A DNA stretch of 64,000 nucleotides. Origin: Candidatus Thorarchaeota archaeon. Its GTDB lineage: Archaea > Asgardarchaeota > Thorarchaeia > Thorarchaeales > Thorarchaeaceae. Both the position numbers and the translations under genes were made by a program. Every line of letters begins with the position of its first letter. Position 1 is the first letter of the stretch. This document shows positions 48,110 through 59,143 of the stretch, piece after piece. Where the stretch lies: NCBI GenBank assembly GCA_029855935.1, contig JAGSHN010000005.1:142396-206395 (forward strand), given 5' to 3'. The notes under the pieces were generated by a model. The model was not told the origin of the DNA. It saw nothing but the letters and a program-made list of their open reading frames with translations, and did no database searches.

Positions 48110-50767
48110 CTACTCAATCCTGCTCTTACCAAGAACTTTCTCGATGGCGATATCAATGTTGACGGCACGCCCGTGGTCAGATTTGCTCGGATCGACACCG
48201 TCATCCCCAAACTTGAACTGAACTATACGGCCGCTTGCAGTGCGAACCGTCTGATCCGTTTCCACCTTGAGGTCCTGAAGGGCCGTCATCAGTCGACGTT
48301 GCATGTAACCCGATGTGGATGTTCTCACAGCCGTGTCCACAAGACCCTCTCGCCCTCCAGCAGCGTGGAACCAGTACTCAATGGGATCGAGACCCCTCTT
48401 GTAGCTCGATGTGACGAATCCCCTAGCCCGGGCCCCCAGATCGCCCTTCTCAAAGTGGGGCAGGGTCCGGCCTTTGTAGCCGCGTTTGATTCTCTCTCCA
48501 CGAACAGCCTGCTGGCCAACGACTGCGGCCATCTGGGAGAGGTTGAGGCGTGAGCCTCGCGCACCAGTCTGGGCCATTATCACAGCAGAGTTCTCCAAGC
48601 CAAGATGCTCGCCAGCAATCTCGCCTGCCGAGTCACGGGCCTCTGCAAGTGTGGCCATAATCCGCTGTTCCAGAGTTTCAAGCAGAGTCTGGCCAGGGTT
48701 GGCATCGAGCTCACCACGCTTGTAAATCTCAATGAGCTGATTCACCTTCTCCTCGGCCTGCTCCAAGATGACCTTGATACGCTCTTCGGCCTCCCGTGGC
48801 AACGTGACATCATCGAGACCCATTGAAAAGCCGCGATCGGTGATTAGGCGGACGAGGAGTCGACCCACAGAGTCCATGAACTTCCGCGCGGCCGTTGGAC
48901 CCTTCTCCTTGATGATTCGGTGGAACAGAGAGTCGGGTTCACCTGCACCGAATGCCTTCTCGTCAACAACGCCGAACTCCAAGTTGCCGTCGCGGACCAC
49001 AACATAGGCATCGTATTCACAGTCCTCCCGCTTGCAGACCGCGCACTTGCGACATATGTTGGCCTTGAATGAGATGTTGATTCCCTCAGGTACAAACATG
49101 CTAAAGATCTGCTTGCCGGTCCACAAGCGCACCGGGGCCTTGATTGCAGGCTCCGGCAACTTTCCCTCGAACCCTGTGACGGCCATGAGCTGGTTCACGC
49201 GGTCTAGAGTGAACAGGCTCGATTTTCGGGTCAATAGAAAAGCGGCAGAGATATAGTCCTGAAGAGCGCCGATGATTGGTCCGCCGTACCTCGGGGACAG
49301 TATCTGCTCCTGAACACGCATCAGCACACGGGCCTCGGCACGAGCCTCTTCAGATTGAGGGACATGGAGGTTCATCTCATCGCCATCGAAGTCTGCGTTA
49401 TATGGTGGACAGACGTATAGGGATAATCTAAAGGTGCGGTATGGCATTACCCGGACCTCGTGCGCCATTATCGACATGCGGTGCAACGACGGCTGTCTGT
49501 TGAAGAGAACTATATCGCCATCTGCAAGGTGCCGCTCGACTATGAACCCTGGCTCGATGGTATTGGCGATGATTGTCCGGTCCTTGACAAAGCGCAGGTC
49601 GACTCGTCTTCCGTCAGTACGGATAAGGTAATTGGCACCTGGGTGTCTATCAGGCCCGCGGATGACGAGCTCTTTCATTTCCTCGATGTTCCACTCGGTG
49701 ACACGCTGCGGTATTGTCAGAATCTTTGCTATCTCCTCCGGGACGCCCACCTCGTTCATACTGAGATTGGGGTCTGGTGAGATGACAGTACGAGCGGAGA
49801 AGTCCACCCTCTTGCCGGAGAGGTTAGAGCGGAAGCGACCCTCCTTTCCCTTTAGACGCTGAGCCAAAGTGCGCAGTGCGCGGCCCGATCTGTGTCGTGC
49901 AGGGGGGATACCACTCACGCCGTTATCAAAGTACGTCGTCACGTGATACTGGAGCAGCTCCCATAGATCCTCTACAATGAGGGCTGGAGCGCCAGCGTCC
50001 AGGTTCTCTCGCAGACGTTGGTTTATTCGGATGATATCGATTAGTTTGTGGGAGAGATCATCCTCAGAGCGGACGCCGCTCTCAAGAGTGATTGACGGAC
50101 GGACTGTGACAGGAGGAACAGGGAGCACCGTGAGAATTGCCCATTCTAGACGGGCGGCGTTTGGATTGATTCCCATCAGGCGATAGTCGTCATCTGTGAT
50201 GTTCTCTAGGCGTTCACGAATGTCGATGGGTGTGAGCCTCACAGAACCCGCCTCACCAATCTCATAGATGGAGGTCGGTTTCTCAAGCTTCAGCTTCAGC
50301 TGTTCGGCGCCACAGTGAGGACACGTCTTGACCTTGGCAGCACGCTTGAGAATCTCCTTCGAAAGTACTGAAGTCCGCTCTCCTATCTCGGGATATCGTT
50401 TGAAGAGCTGTTTGAACTCCTCAATCTCATCGTCGCTCAGAAGAAGACGATTGCATTCACGACACGTGGCTCGGAGAACCTTATGTATGACTTTGGCATA
50501 TCCCTCATGCATCACTGGTCGAGCGAGCTCTATGTGACCGAAATGTCCGGGACAGTTGCCGACACGATTGCCACAGGTCTTACACCTTTGACCGGGATCA
50601 ATCACACCGAGACGCGGGTCCATTATTCCCGACTCTATGGGATAGCCATCTTCGTCATACGTGTCAGCGACGACTATCTGCGCAACCGACATCTTGCGGA
50701 TATCGTCGGGCGAGAGGAGCCCAAACTCAACTGCATCAATCTTTTTGATACTAAGTCCAGACAACAT
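48110..50767 (-). CDS. rpoA1: RNA polymerase subunit A' (Rpo1N)
   Basis: CPGHFGHIEL, YNADFDGDEMN, GREGLVDTAVRTSTSGYMQRRL. Confidence 0.98.
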   Translation of the reverse strand: MLSGLSIKKIDAVEFGLLSPDDIRKMSVAQIVVADTYDEDGYPIESGIMDPRLGVIDPGQRCKTCGNRVGNCPGHFGHIELARPVMHEGYAKVIHKVLRATCRECNRLLLSDDEIEEFKQLFKRYPEIGERTSVLSKEILKRAAKVKTCPHCGAEQLKLKLEKPTSIYEIGEAGSVRLTPIDIRERLENITDDDYRLMGINPNAARLEWAILTVLPVPPVTVRPSITLESGVRSEDDLSHKLIDIIRINQRLRENLDAGAPALIVEDLWELLQYHVTTYFDNGVSGIPPARHRSGRALRTLAQRLKGKEGRFRSNLSGKRVDFSARTVISPDPNLSMNEVGVPEEIAKILTIPQRVTEWNIEEMKELVIRGPDRHPGANYLIRTDGRRVDLRFVKDRTIIANTIEPGFIVERHLADGDIVLFNRQPSLHRMSIMAHEVRVMPYRTFRLSLYVCPPYNADFDGDEMNLHVPQSEEARAEARVLMRVQEQILSPRYGGPIIGALQDYISAAFLLTRKSSLFTLDRVNQLMAVTGFEGKLPEPAIKAPVRLWTGKQIFSMFVPEGINISFKANICRKCAVCKREDCEYDAYVVVRDGNLEFGVVDEKAFGAGEPDSLFHRIIKEKGPTAARKFMDSVGRLLVRLITDRGFSMGLDDVTLPREAEERIKVILEQAEEKVNQLIEIYKRGELDANPGQTLLETLEQRIMATLAEARDSAGEIAGEHLGLENSAVIMAQTGARGSRLNLSQMAAVVGQQAVRGERIKRGYKGRTLPHFEKGDLGARARGFVTSSYKRGLDPIEYWFHAAGGREGLVDTAVRTSTSGYMQRRLMTALQDLKVETDQTVRTASGRIVQFKFGDDGVDPSKSDHGRAVNIDIAIEKVLGKSRIE

Positions 50768-50768
50768 C

Positions 50769-53700
50769 TCAAATCAACTCCTTCAGGCGTAGTCTGCAGG
50801 CAAGACCCAATGACATCATCTCTTGTATGAGAAGCTTGAATGCATAAGAAACGACAACACTGCTGATCTTGGCATTCGGGCCGCAGATAGGACAATAGTA
50901 GATGTCCTTGTTACGATCGTAAACACCGATGAGGCCACACTGCTCACAGACAAGCATATTACTCTTGTCCGACTCATCAAGGAGGCGGCCCTTGAGCAGG
51001 ATTGCGGCTCCGTGGCCTATCAGCACGTCGCGCTCCATCTCACCGAAGCGCAGACCTCCCTCTCGAGCGCGTCCCTCGGTCGGCTGCCTTGTAAGAATCT
51101 GGACCGGACCTCGTGCCCGTGCATGAATCTTGTCTGCCACCATATGATGGAGCTTCTGATAGAAGATTGCACCTATGAAGACTGTAGTCTGCAGCCGCTC
51201 TCCAGTGATGCCGGAGTACATGGTTTCGCGGCCATTGTACTGGAAACCATGCTCTTGGAGAATCTTGAACAGTTCCTCCTCTGTCACCCCTGAGAAGGGG
51301 GTTGCATCTTGTTGCTTGCCCTCAAGACAGGCTGCTTTTCCCGCAATCATCTCAAGAATCTGACCGATTGTCATTCTGCTTGGTATCGCATGCGGATTAA
51401 TAATGAGGTCTGGGACAACACCATCCTCTGTGAAGGGCACATCCTCCTGGGGAACGATGTAGCCGATCACACCCTTCTGACCATGCCGCGAGGCATATTT
51501 GTCGCCCAGTTCCGGAATCCGCAGGTCACGGACCTTGACCTTGACGAGCCTATTGCCATCTATGGTTTCCGTAAGTATCACACGGTCTACAACTCCCGAC
51601 TCGCCGTGCCGGACAGCAACGGACGTTTCCCTTCGGTTTGGAGATGTTATCTCGAACTCAGAGAACTCCTCAAGGAATCGCGGAGGAGATGTCCTGCCGA
51701 TGAGAACATCGCCTCCCTGTACCTCGACCTCCGTTTCAATTATGCCATCATCGCCGAGATTGCGGTAGGCCTCGGATGCTCTGTATCCTCGGACACTTCT
51801 GTCGGGGATTGTGAACTTGTCCTCTTGACCACCAGGGTACTTCCGCTCCTCACTCTCGTAGACACGGATGAACGTACTACGACCTAGGCCTCTCTCGATG
51901 GACGCCTTGTTCATGATGAGGGCGTCCTCAATATTGTAGCCTTCGAAGGAGAGAATTGCAACGATGAAGTTCTGCCCCGCGGGCCGCTCCTCATATCCGA
52001 TTGAGTCCATAGCCCGTGTCTTGACAAGTGGCACCTGTGGATAGTGAAAGAAGTGTGAGCGTGTGTCAGCGCGATAGGCGAAATTGGAGGCGGGGACGCC
52101 CACAGACTGCTTTGCCATTCCTGCCATGTACACGTTCCGTGGAGACTGATTGTGTTCGGGGAATGGGATGAGAGCCGCAGAGATTCCCAAGATGGTCGAG
52201 GGGACGATCTCAAGGTGAGTTGTTTTCGGCCCGATCTCCTCTGGATACATAGCGATGAGGGTGTTCTCTTCCTCCTCTGCATCTAGAAACTCCACAATTC
52301 CATTCCGAACTAGGTCCTGGAAGCCCCACTCACCCTCCTCAATCATTCTGATGTGTTCGTCCGTCAGCCGACTCTTACCGTTCTCAACGACAATAAGAGG
52401 CCTGCGCACACGACCAGCATCACAATTGACCTGAACCTCATGTGTGTCCTCATAATAGGCAATGTTGACCTCATAGTCAATCTCACCCGCACGGCGTTTC
52501 TGCCGGATCGTCTTCACGAGGACCTGGGGCGCCGGATGTACGCCGACCAGCCGGCCGTTCAGAAAGACGTCGGCCCACTTACTGCTTCGCTTGCCCCGGC
52601 GCTGCTCGATAGGTTCGACCTCGGCCCTGAAGAGAGCTCGTTCTACGGCTTCCTCATCGGTGCCAACAGAGATGTATGCCATCATTGCTAGGTTCTTGAC
52701 AAGCCCGCAGTTCGGTCCCTCCGGGGTTTCATTGGGGCAGATCTTGCCCCAGTGTGTGGCATGCAGGTCACGTGCCTCGAAGTGGGGCTGCGACCGTGAC
52801 AGTGGCGAAACCACACGGCGCAGGTGTGACAACGAGGAGATGTAGTTGGTCCTATCGAGGAGCTGAGAAACACCTGCTTTTCCGCCCACCCAGTTTCCCG
52901 TTGCGAGGGCATGTTTCAGACGCTGTGTGATGACATCGGCACGGACCGCAGTACGAATGTTCGGTTTTCGTCCGCGCACAGCTGTACGCTCCAACTGATA
53001 CTTGATGTCACGTGTAAGGGAGTATAGTGCCACGCGGAACAGCGACATCAGAAGATCGCCGCTCAGCTTGAGCCGCTTGTTCGCATAGTGGTCCTTGTCG
53101 TCAGGCTGGCGCTTCCCCAGCACGAGCTCCAATAGACGTTCGACCATCTGACCTAGGTAGTAGGCCTTCTTGATACGATGCTCTGGCTCAGTGCCTATGT
53201 GGGGCAGAAGATATCTATCGAGAACCTTCTCGGCGCGTGCCAGACGGTATTCCTTGGTCTGGCCCACGGCCACACGTTTCCCTATGTAGTCCAGCGCATT
53301 CTCACGGGTAGAACCCTTCTCCGCATCCGGACCAGCATTTATGGGCGCGGACTGCTCAATGGTGACAATCAGTTCGGTCTGAATCTCCTCATCATCTGAG
53401 ATTACCTCGACTATCTCGCGGTCCGATTCCAGCCCCAGAGCCTTCATCAGAATTGCAAGCGGAATCTTGCCGGGGACGGAGGGGAAGGACACACGAAGCT
53501 CACCTGTGCGTTTACGCTCAATCGTCACCGGAGCACGGAACCCTCTCGATGTGGAGAAGACCTTTGCCACGTGTGTGTATCCAGAGGACTTGCTCGCCTC
53601 CTCAATGAGGATTCTGTTTGGCGCCAAATCCTCTTGTGTGACAAGAACCCGCTCAGATCCATTGATTATGAAGTATCCACCAGGATCACGGGGGTCCTCT

Positions 53701-54134
53701 CCATGTTTAATCAACTCCTCGTCGCTCATTCCATAGAGTAGGCACTTTTCACTGCGCAGCATTATCGGCAGGTCACCAATGTAGATCTTCAGAGTTTCCA
53801 ACCGCGTTGTAACAGAGCCCTCCTTCTTTACGGGAGTCATCTCGAGATACAATTTGCTTGCGTACGTCAGGTTGCGAATTCTCGCCTCCAGAGGATAGAG
53901 AGGATGTTCGCTCCCGTCAGCCTCCCGAACAGAAGGCGGTTCAACGTAGATCTTGCCCAGCTCGACATAGTAGCCTTCTACCTTGGGCGTGATTCTGCCA
54001 ACGCTGTCTACTACTTCTTGTAGCTCGTATTTCACGAAGCGATTGAAGGAATCAAGATGTTGACCTACAAGACCTCTATCCTTGAAGTATGCCTCGATTA
54101 TCGGCCAGTACTTCTGACGCTCTTCTGTGCCCAA
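50769..54134 (-). CDS. rpoB: RNA polymerase subunit B (Rpo2, unsplit)
   Basis: GGYFIING.ER, ETPEG, GDKYASRHGQKG, GGLRFGEMERD; probable TTG start after GAGGTG. Confidence 0.98.
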   Translation of the reverse strand: MGTEERQKYWPIIEAYFKDRGLVGQHLDSFNRFVKYELQEVVDSVGRITPKVEGYYVELGKIYVEPPSVREADGSEHPLYPLEARIRNLTYASKLYLEMTPVKKEGSVTTRLETLKIYIGDLPIMLRSEKCLLYGMSDEELIKHGEDPRDPGGYFIINGSERVLVTQEDLAPNRILIEEASKSSGYTHVAKVFSTSRGFRAPVTIERKRTGELRVSFPSVPGKIPLAILMKALGLESDREIVEVISDDEEIQTELIVTIEQSAPINAGPDAEKGSTRENALDYIGKRVAVGQTKEYRLARAEKVLDRYLLPHIGTEPEHRIKKAYYLGQMVERLLELVLGKRQPDDKDHYANKRLKLSGDLLMSLFRVALYSLTRDIKYQLERTAVRGRKPNIRTAVRADVITQRLKHALATGNWVGGKAGVSQLLDRTNYISSLSHLRRVVSPLSRSQPHFEARDLHATHWGKICPNETPEGPNCGLVKNLAMMAYISVGTDEEAVERALFRAEVEPIEQRRGKRSSKWADVFLNGRLVGVHPAPQVLVKTIRQKRRAGEIDYEVNIAYYEDTHEVQVNCDAGRVRRPLIVVENGKSRLTDEHIRMIEEGEWGFQDLVRNGIVEFLDAEEEENTLIAMYPEEIGPKTTHLEIVPSTILGISAALIPFPEHNQSPRNVYMAGMAKQSVGVPASNFAYRADTRSHFFHYPQVPLVKTRAMDSIGYEERPAGQNFIVAILSFEGYNIEDALIMNKASIERGLGRSTFIRVYESEERKYPGGQEDKFTIPDRSVRGYRASEAYRNLGDDGIIETEVEVQGGDVLIGRTSPPRFLEEFSEFEITSPNRRETSVAVRHGESGVVDRVILTETIDGNRLVKVKVRDLRIPELGDKYASRHGQKGVIGYIVPQEDVPFTEDGVVPDLIINPHAIPSRMTIGQILEMIAGKAACLEGKQQDATPFSGVTEEELFKILQEHGFQYNGRETMYSGITGERLQTTVFIGAIFYQKLHHMVADKIHARARGPVQILTRQPTEGRAREGGLRFGEMERDVLIGHGAAILLKGRLLDESDKSNMLVCEQCGLIGVYDRNKDIYYCPICGPNAKISSVVVSYAFKLLIQEMMSLGLACRLRLKELI

Positions 54135-54298
54135 CTTGTCACCACACACCTCGGCCGTGAAAGGCGGGGGAACTACTGCTGTCTTGATTGCTTCCCAGTG
54201 CATGAACCCATAGAAAGTCGAGTTCCATCATAGACCGCAATAGCCGCCCCGCATGCTTTGCTCTTCTGGGCTACCGCATCCCATCCTGCAAGGACCAA

Positions 54299-54375
54299 TG
54301 GCGGGCTCGGCGGGATTTGAACCCGCGGCCATCAGGTTAAAAGCCTGCTGCGCTACCTGGCTGCGCCACGAGCCC
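54299..54375 (-). tRNA. tRNA-Lys(TTT), intronless, CCA encoded
   Basis: GGGCTCG/CGAGCCC, CAGG-CTTTTAA-CCTG, TTCAAAT. Confidence 0.95.
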
Positions 54376-54727
54376 AGCATTCCTACGAGATTCCAGTTCA
54401 CGGCTCTCATATGGAGTCCGCACCAGACGCTCTGAGCAATGTGGCAGATGGTCATGCATGATGGGAAGCAGCTCCGCCTGAGCAATCGAGGGGAATTCTG
54501 TAGCCATAAAAGGATTGCGATGACACAAAGGTTTGGAGTATCATCTCTTCAGGTCGGCACTGATGCCAGTACTATTAGGGCTCAGTTCTCCATATAAACT
54601 TGGTTTGTTCGACTACCGATCCGACTGAATGGGGGTGTGGACTCATAAGACATAGGAGGAGAGTGCTGAAATCCAGAGGGACTATCCGACAACTTTAATA
54701 GAAAATCGATTGGACGACATCCGCGAT

Positions 54728-54835
54728 GCCCCTGTAGTGTAGTCCGGCCCACGTTTCGAGAATCTCGAAACGTACGGAATAGCATATGTGACTGTCACTC
54801 ACATGACCCGGGTTCAAATCCCGGCGGGGGCGCCA
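54728..54835 (+). tRNA. tRNA-Asp(GTC) with ~30-nt D-loop intron (~54750-54779)
   Basis: GCCCCTG/CGGGGGC, TGTGA-CTGTCAC-TCACA; perfect 10-bp hairpin ACGTTTCGAG/CTCGAAACGT inserted in the D-loop; CCA encoded. Confidence 0.92.
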
Positions 54836-54943
54836 TCTTCCTTTTGCCACAGATTCTGGGACATTACTGACGATCTCACGGTGTACGAGCCATCATCGTT
54901 AAGTGCGGACTCGGTCGAGTGATTGTTCTCAAGGGTGGTTCGA

Positions 54944-55942
54944 ATGGTGAGCAAGTTTCTCAAGCAATGCCACGAGGGTCTGCATTCGCAGGTGAAGGGA
55001 CTAACGAAGACATTACAAGGATTGTCGGGAGACGAGAGAGAGTCTGTTATTGGTAGGCGATTGGTCGTGCTCACTGGTTGTGGAGACTCGCTGGCCGTCG
55101 CATCGTATGGAGTGTGGGCACTATTGCAAGAGGGGGTCTGTGCAATCTCAGTGTCACCACCGGACCTCCAGAGGCTGCCTCTTGACAACAGTTGCACAGT
55201 CATAGGAGTGAGTGCTTCTGGAAGAAGCATATCCACAATGAGAGCAATTGAATACGCCAAACGGTGTGGCGCTACAACGGTGGCACTGACCGACAATGAA
55301 CAAGGAAGAATCAATGAGACGGTCGATAGTCTGTGGCTCACGAACTCAGGAGTCGAAACGTATGACATTATTCCCACGGCCCCGACTACATGCGGAATGG
55401 CATTCATCCTAGGAGTGGTGGGGCAGATCAATCCAGCTAAGTATGGCGATGACTTGCATGTCCTTCAACGATTGATTGACGATATCTGGGAGTGGGCCGA
55501 ACTAGAGGGACTCAGCATCTCACAAATGATTGACGTCAATCGGAGAGTCACGTTTGTTGCGGACGGCCCATGCTATGTGTCGGCTGAACTTGGAGTGATG
55601 AAGATTAGTGAATCTTCCCTGACATACGCCACGAGTGTGCCTACAGAGGAGTTCCAACACTATGGCGGCCTCTCGACTAAGAGGAATGATTTGGTCATCT
55701 TTGTGACCGAGAAACGATTGACAGCAGCTGATGCTAGATTCTTGAACATACTGAGAGATGTGTTGGGCTTGAGGACATACCATCTGCACCCACCCGAAAC
55801 AATCAGTTTCACCACATCCATGGCCCGAGTGATACCCAATGTGATGGCGATTCAGATTGGGACGTACTACACGCTTGTTCGGGTGGATCCCGAGAGAAAG
55901 TGGTTCAGACTCCCCCATGCTAGGGCCTTCAAGATATACTGA
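54944..55942 (+). CDS. Double-SIS-domain sugar isomerase/deaminase (GlmS C-terminal-like)
   Basis: TGCGDS, VSASGRS, EL.VMK..E, EEFQH. Confidence 0.82.
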   Translation: MVSKFLKQCHEGLHSQVKGLTKTLQGLSGDERESVIGRRLVVLTGCGDSLAVASYGVWALLQEGVCAISVSPPDLQRLPLDNSCTVIGVSASGRSISTMRAIEYAKRCGATTVALTDNEQGRINETVDSLWLTNSGVETYDIIPTAPTTCGMAFILGVVGQINPAKYGDDLHVLQRLIDDIWEWAELEGLSISQMIDVNRRVTFVADGPCYVSAELGVMKISESSLTYATSVPTEEFQHYGGLSTKRNDLVIFVTEKRLTAADARFLNILRDVLGLRTYHLHPPETISFTTSMARVIPNVMAIQIGTYYTLVRVDPERKWFRLPHARAFKIY

Positions 55943-56006
55943 TGCAAACAACCCAATTGGAAAGACATAACTCGCCTCAGGAGGAGTACCGCATGAGTGA
56001 GAGATA

Positions 56007-56960
56007 GTGCTCGCGGAGGTCATAGATGCTCTGCAGACAGGCCAGATTGACGCCGCAGTCAAGATTGTCACAGACCGAGGAGAAGAATTTCTTGCTGAAA
56101 CCGAGTCTATCTTCCGACAGCGCGGGGAGGATGTACGACATACGAAGGAACGTATTCTGAGTCTGGGCGACCATCTCCCTGACGACATTTCGGCGGCTGT
56201 CATTCGGATGGCCATTGCAGATGATGATGAGATAATACGTGTAAGAGGCCTCCAAGCAGCATACAGAAGACGGGTGAATCTGTTGAAGGAAGACATCACC
56301 CGCATTCTTCGCGATCAGCATGAGAACTTCGAGGCCCGGAAGTGGGCCATCCATATCCTTGCCACTACAGAGGGGGAATGTTGCGGGGACTTGATTCGCG
56401 CCCTTGCTAGGGACCGAACAGAAACCCCTGAGATGAGAAGAGAGGCCATCTTCGCGTTGACGAGCATCGCTGGTGAGGGGAGCATAGGCACGCTCTGTGT
56501 CCTGCTGGGGGACGCACTTCCTGAGATACGGCAGGCGGCTGCATGGGCACTTGGGAGGATATCCTCTCCTCGGTCAACAGACTGCCTTCTGGCCGCGATA
56601 GAAGACGAGGACTCGGAGGTGAGGGACTGGGCAATTCGTGCTCTTAGAGATATGGACGACACCCGCGCCCTGCAGGGTCTTGCCGATGCTCTGTCAAAAT
56701 CAGAACCTGAGGAACAGGTCAAGCTGATCCGGCTCTTGGCAGAGAAACGCTCGGAGATAATACATCGGGCAATTACCGAGGCGCTAGGCTCACCGCACGC
56801 CGTCGTGCGGCGGGAGGCAGCGTGGGCACTGAGTGTTACTCCATACCCTCCTTCGGCTGTGGCCCTCCGCGAACTCCTTTCCGATGATGACGAGGAGGTT
56901 CGGAAGTACGCCATGAGTGCACTCAAGAGGCTTGGTGAGAGCCACGGCGCCTTGGACTAG
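56007..56960 (+). CDS. HEAT/PBS-lyase repeat protein
   Basis: Repeated D.(D/P).VR..AAWALG units. Confidence 0.85.
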   Translation: MLAEVIDALQTGQIDAAVKIVTDRGEEFLAETESIFRQRGEDVRHTKERILSLGDHLPDDISAAVIRMAIADDDEIIRVRGLQAAYRRRVNLLKEDITRILRDQHENFEARKWAIHILATTEGECCGDLIRALARDRTETPEMRREAIFALTSIAGEGSIGTLCVLLGDALPEIRQAAAWALGRISSPRSTDCLLAAIEDEDSEVRDWAIRALRDMDDTRALQGLADALSKSEPEEQVKLIRLLAEKRSEIIHRAITEALGSPHAVVRREAAWALSVTPYPPSAVALRELLSDDDEEVRKYAMSALKRLGESHGALD

Positions 56961-56970
56961 GTGCGGCTGC

Positions 56971-57726
56971 CTACATCATCCCTTGGTATAGGCCACCGTC
57001 GACAAGCAGTAGTGCCCCATGAACATAGCTGGCAAGGGGGCTCAACAGAAATGCACATACTGCACCAAATTCCTCGGGATTGCCCATCCTTCCAAGCGGG
57101 ATGGAGGAAAGTATCTCACTCTCTCTCTCGGGCGTTCGTGAGAGAAGCTGTCTAACACGGTCCGTACGAATCCAGCCTGGACACACGGCATTGACTCTGA
57201 TACCGTCAGTGGCCAGTTCGCGGGACAGTGTACGCATCATTCCCACAACAGCTGGCCGAAGTGCGTTGGACAGTAGTAGGTTCTCAATAGGTTGCTTGAC
57301 CGAGATTGACGTGCTGTAAAGGATTGATGGTGCATCCGACTTCTTTAGCAGAGGCAGTGCCTCCCGTGTCAGCCGTACTGCGCTCATCACTGTCAAATTG
57401 AATGACCTCTGCCAGTCATTGTCAGAGAAAGAAACAAAGGGGCCGGGAGGTGGTCCTCCCGCATTGACGAACACACCATCAAGTCCACCCCATTGTTTTC
57501 TGATGTCACTCATTAGGTGGACTATGTCGTCAGGTCGGGTTAAGTCGGCGACAACATACCGGCCCCGACTGCCCAACGTCTTGACTGCTTGGGCGAGCGC
57601 GCTTTCATCTCTACTGCAGATTGTGACATCGGCGCCCTCTGCAACCAAGGCTTTTGCTACACTGAATCCCAGTCCCTTTGAAGCTGCGGTCACCAAGTAC
57701 CGTCGGTCCTTCAGTAAGAGATTCAT
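56971..57726 (-). CDS. Short-chain dehydrogenase/reductase
   Basis: TAASKGLG, NAGGP, VNAVCPG, IPLGRMG.PEEF, VDGG; atypical active site (SNALR). Confidence 0.9.
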   Translation of the reverse strand: MNLLLKDRRYLVTAASKGLGFSVAKALVAEGADVTICSRDESALAQAVKTLGSRGRYVVADLTRPDDIVHLMSDIRKQWGGLDGVFVNAGGPPPGPFVSFSDNDWQRSFNLTVMSAVRLTREALPLLKKSDAPSILYSTSISVKQPIENLLLSNALRPAVVGMMRTLSRELATDGIRVNAVCPGWIRTDRVRQLLSRTPERESEILSSIPLGRMGNPEEFGAVCAFLLSPLASYVHGALLLVDGGLYQGMM

Positions 57727-57924
57727 TTACCAGTCACCGTTAGAGCTTGGCTTGCGGGTAGACTCCCCGCATAGGTCCATTTCAAGCTCGACCTTGCAGA
57801 GTGAGTCGTATTAAGTGCTGTTGTGAAGAGAAAGACTACCGTGCAATTCCACATACGAGATTGCCTTACAATAACTCCTCGTAACGCACACCGTTTGACC
57901 GCCGAAATCGCGACGGATCTGTAC

Positions 57925-58239
57925 TCACCCAGCGCGGGGCGAAACCTCGGCCTTGCTCCTAGCTCCCAGGCGAACCTCTAGATGCAGAAATGCAGAGCTC
58001 AGCCGGTGGAACCGCTCCTGCGCCTTAAAGTCTGCTATGCCCAATGAATTGAGGACACGCTCGACTCTGGAGGGGGTCAACCTCTGGCTCTCTGTGGCGC
58101 TAAAGGCAATCACCAGCTTCGGGTCGTCAGGGTCAGGAAGGGAGAACACTGTGTGGCAGGCAATGCCTCGTCGTTTGAGCTCTGTCTTTATCTGAGACTC
58201 CAGTTGACGCATGGCACTCTCCTCATCCAAAGGCTGCAC
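57925..58239 (-). CDS. Hypothetical protein
   Basis: 104-aa ORF filling an intergenic gap; no recognised motif. Confidence 0.5.
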   Translation of the reverse strand: MQPLDEESAMRQLESQIKTELKRRGIACHTVFSLPDPDDPKLVIAFSATESQRLTPSRVERVLNSLGIADFKAQERFHRLSSAFLHLEVRLGARSKAEVSPRAG

Positions 58240-58402
58240 ATCAGACTACTAAACACCAAGTAAGAGCACAGTAATACCTGCTGAGGGACAGGAGGACCAT
58301 CCCATTAGCGAGCTGTGAATACCATCGGTACCCTCTTAGTCCTGTTACCACGGGGGATGCTATGGAAGGCCTTAAGAATCGAGCAGCTCTCAAGGAACAT
58401 GT

Positions 58403-58513
58403 GGGCGCGTAGTCTAGTCTGGATAGGGCGCCAGCCTTCGGAGTTGGATGTCCCAGGTTCGAAATCCCATCACTTCGGGTTGTGATGGGACGGGAATCCT
58501 GGCGCGCCCGCCA
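58403..58513 (+). tRNA. tRNA-Arg(TCG) with 33-nt T-loop intron (59/60; 58464-58496)
   Basis: GGGCGCG/CGCGCCC, CCAGC-CTTCGGA-GTTGG; BHB TTCG/CGGG with AAA and AAT bulges, 9-bp intron stem; CCA encoded. Confidence 0.93.
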
Positions 58514-58729
58514 TCACATCCCCAATTTTTCACTCCACACCTTGATGAAATACTCCAGAGAACGATCATACGTTCGTTCGGCATCTTCGGGGAAGAGGCA
58601 ACCCGGGAGCTCACGATGGCGCCAGTGATAGGCAAGACAGTCGCAGCAGTATCCCTTCCTAGAGCACCCTGGATACGAACACGTACAACGCATTTTGTTA
58701 CGGTCAACACTACATTCTCGTCCGGTCAT
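58514..58729 (-). CDS. Small Cys-rich protein (DUF6485-like)
   Basis: C..N...CTCSY.GC.RKG.CCDC..YH....ELPGC.F...AERTYDRS...F. Confidence 0.75.
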   Translation of the reverse strand: MTGRECSVDRNKMRCTCSYPGCSRKGYCCDCLAYHWRHRELPGCLFPEDAERTYDRSLEYFIKVWSEKLGM

Positions 58730-58955
58730 CGGAACCCCCTGACAGTCTTTTTCGGGTGTCTTATATATCTGATAGTATCGTGGCGATGAACTCACAGCCG
58801 ATTGACACTGTAGTTACACTTGCACTAGAACGGCCCAGTCACTTGGGAATCGTGTCAAGAAGCACTGAGGTGTCAGCTTGGTTGCGAAGAAGATGCCATC
58901 TATCGTACAAGAACCATCCGTGGCTAGTTGCGACAAGAGATTTCGCAAGAAGGAG

Positions 58956-59062
58956 TGGTCGGGACGGGGAGATTTGCTCCCGTCCGAGGCTTGCTCGGAT
59001 GGTTTGAACTCCCAACCGACGGATCTACAGTCCGCTGCTCTGCCAGATTGAGCTACGTCCCG
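58956..59062 (-). tRNA. tRNA-Tyr(GTA) with 30-nt T-loop intron (58/59; ~58974-59003)
   Basis: C1-G72 acceptor CGGGACG/CGTCCCG, A73, GCGGA-CTGTAGA-TCCGT; BHB GTTC/GAGC with AAA bulges; CCA encoded. Confidence 0.92.
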
Positions 59063-59143
59063 ACCTTTGGAATCAGCACCGTAGCCGATTCGAGAGAGTA
59101 CCTAGTCTGACATAATAAAAGGATTACTCCGCAGACAGTCGGA

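Noticed and set aside
54836-58402. Possible island between tRNA-Asp and tRNA-Arg
   Set aside because: No integrase, no att-like tRNA 3' duplication seen, and composition appears similar to the flanks.
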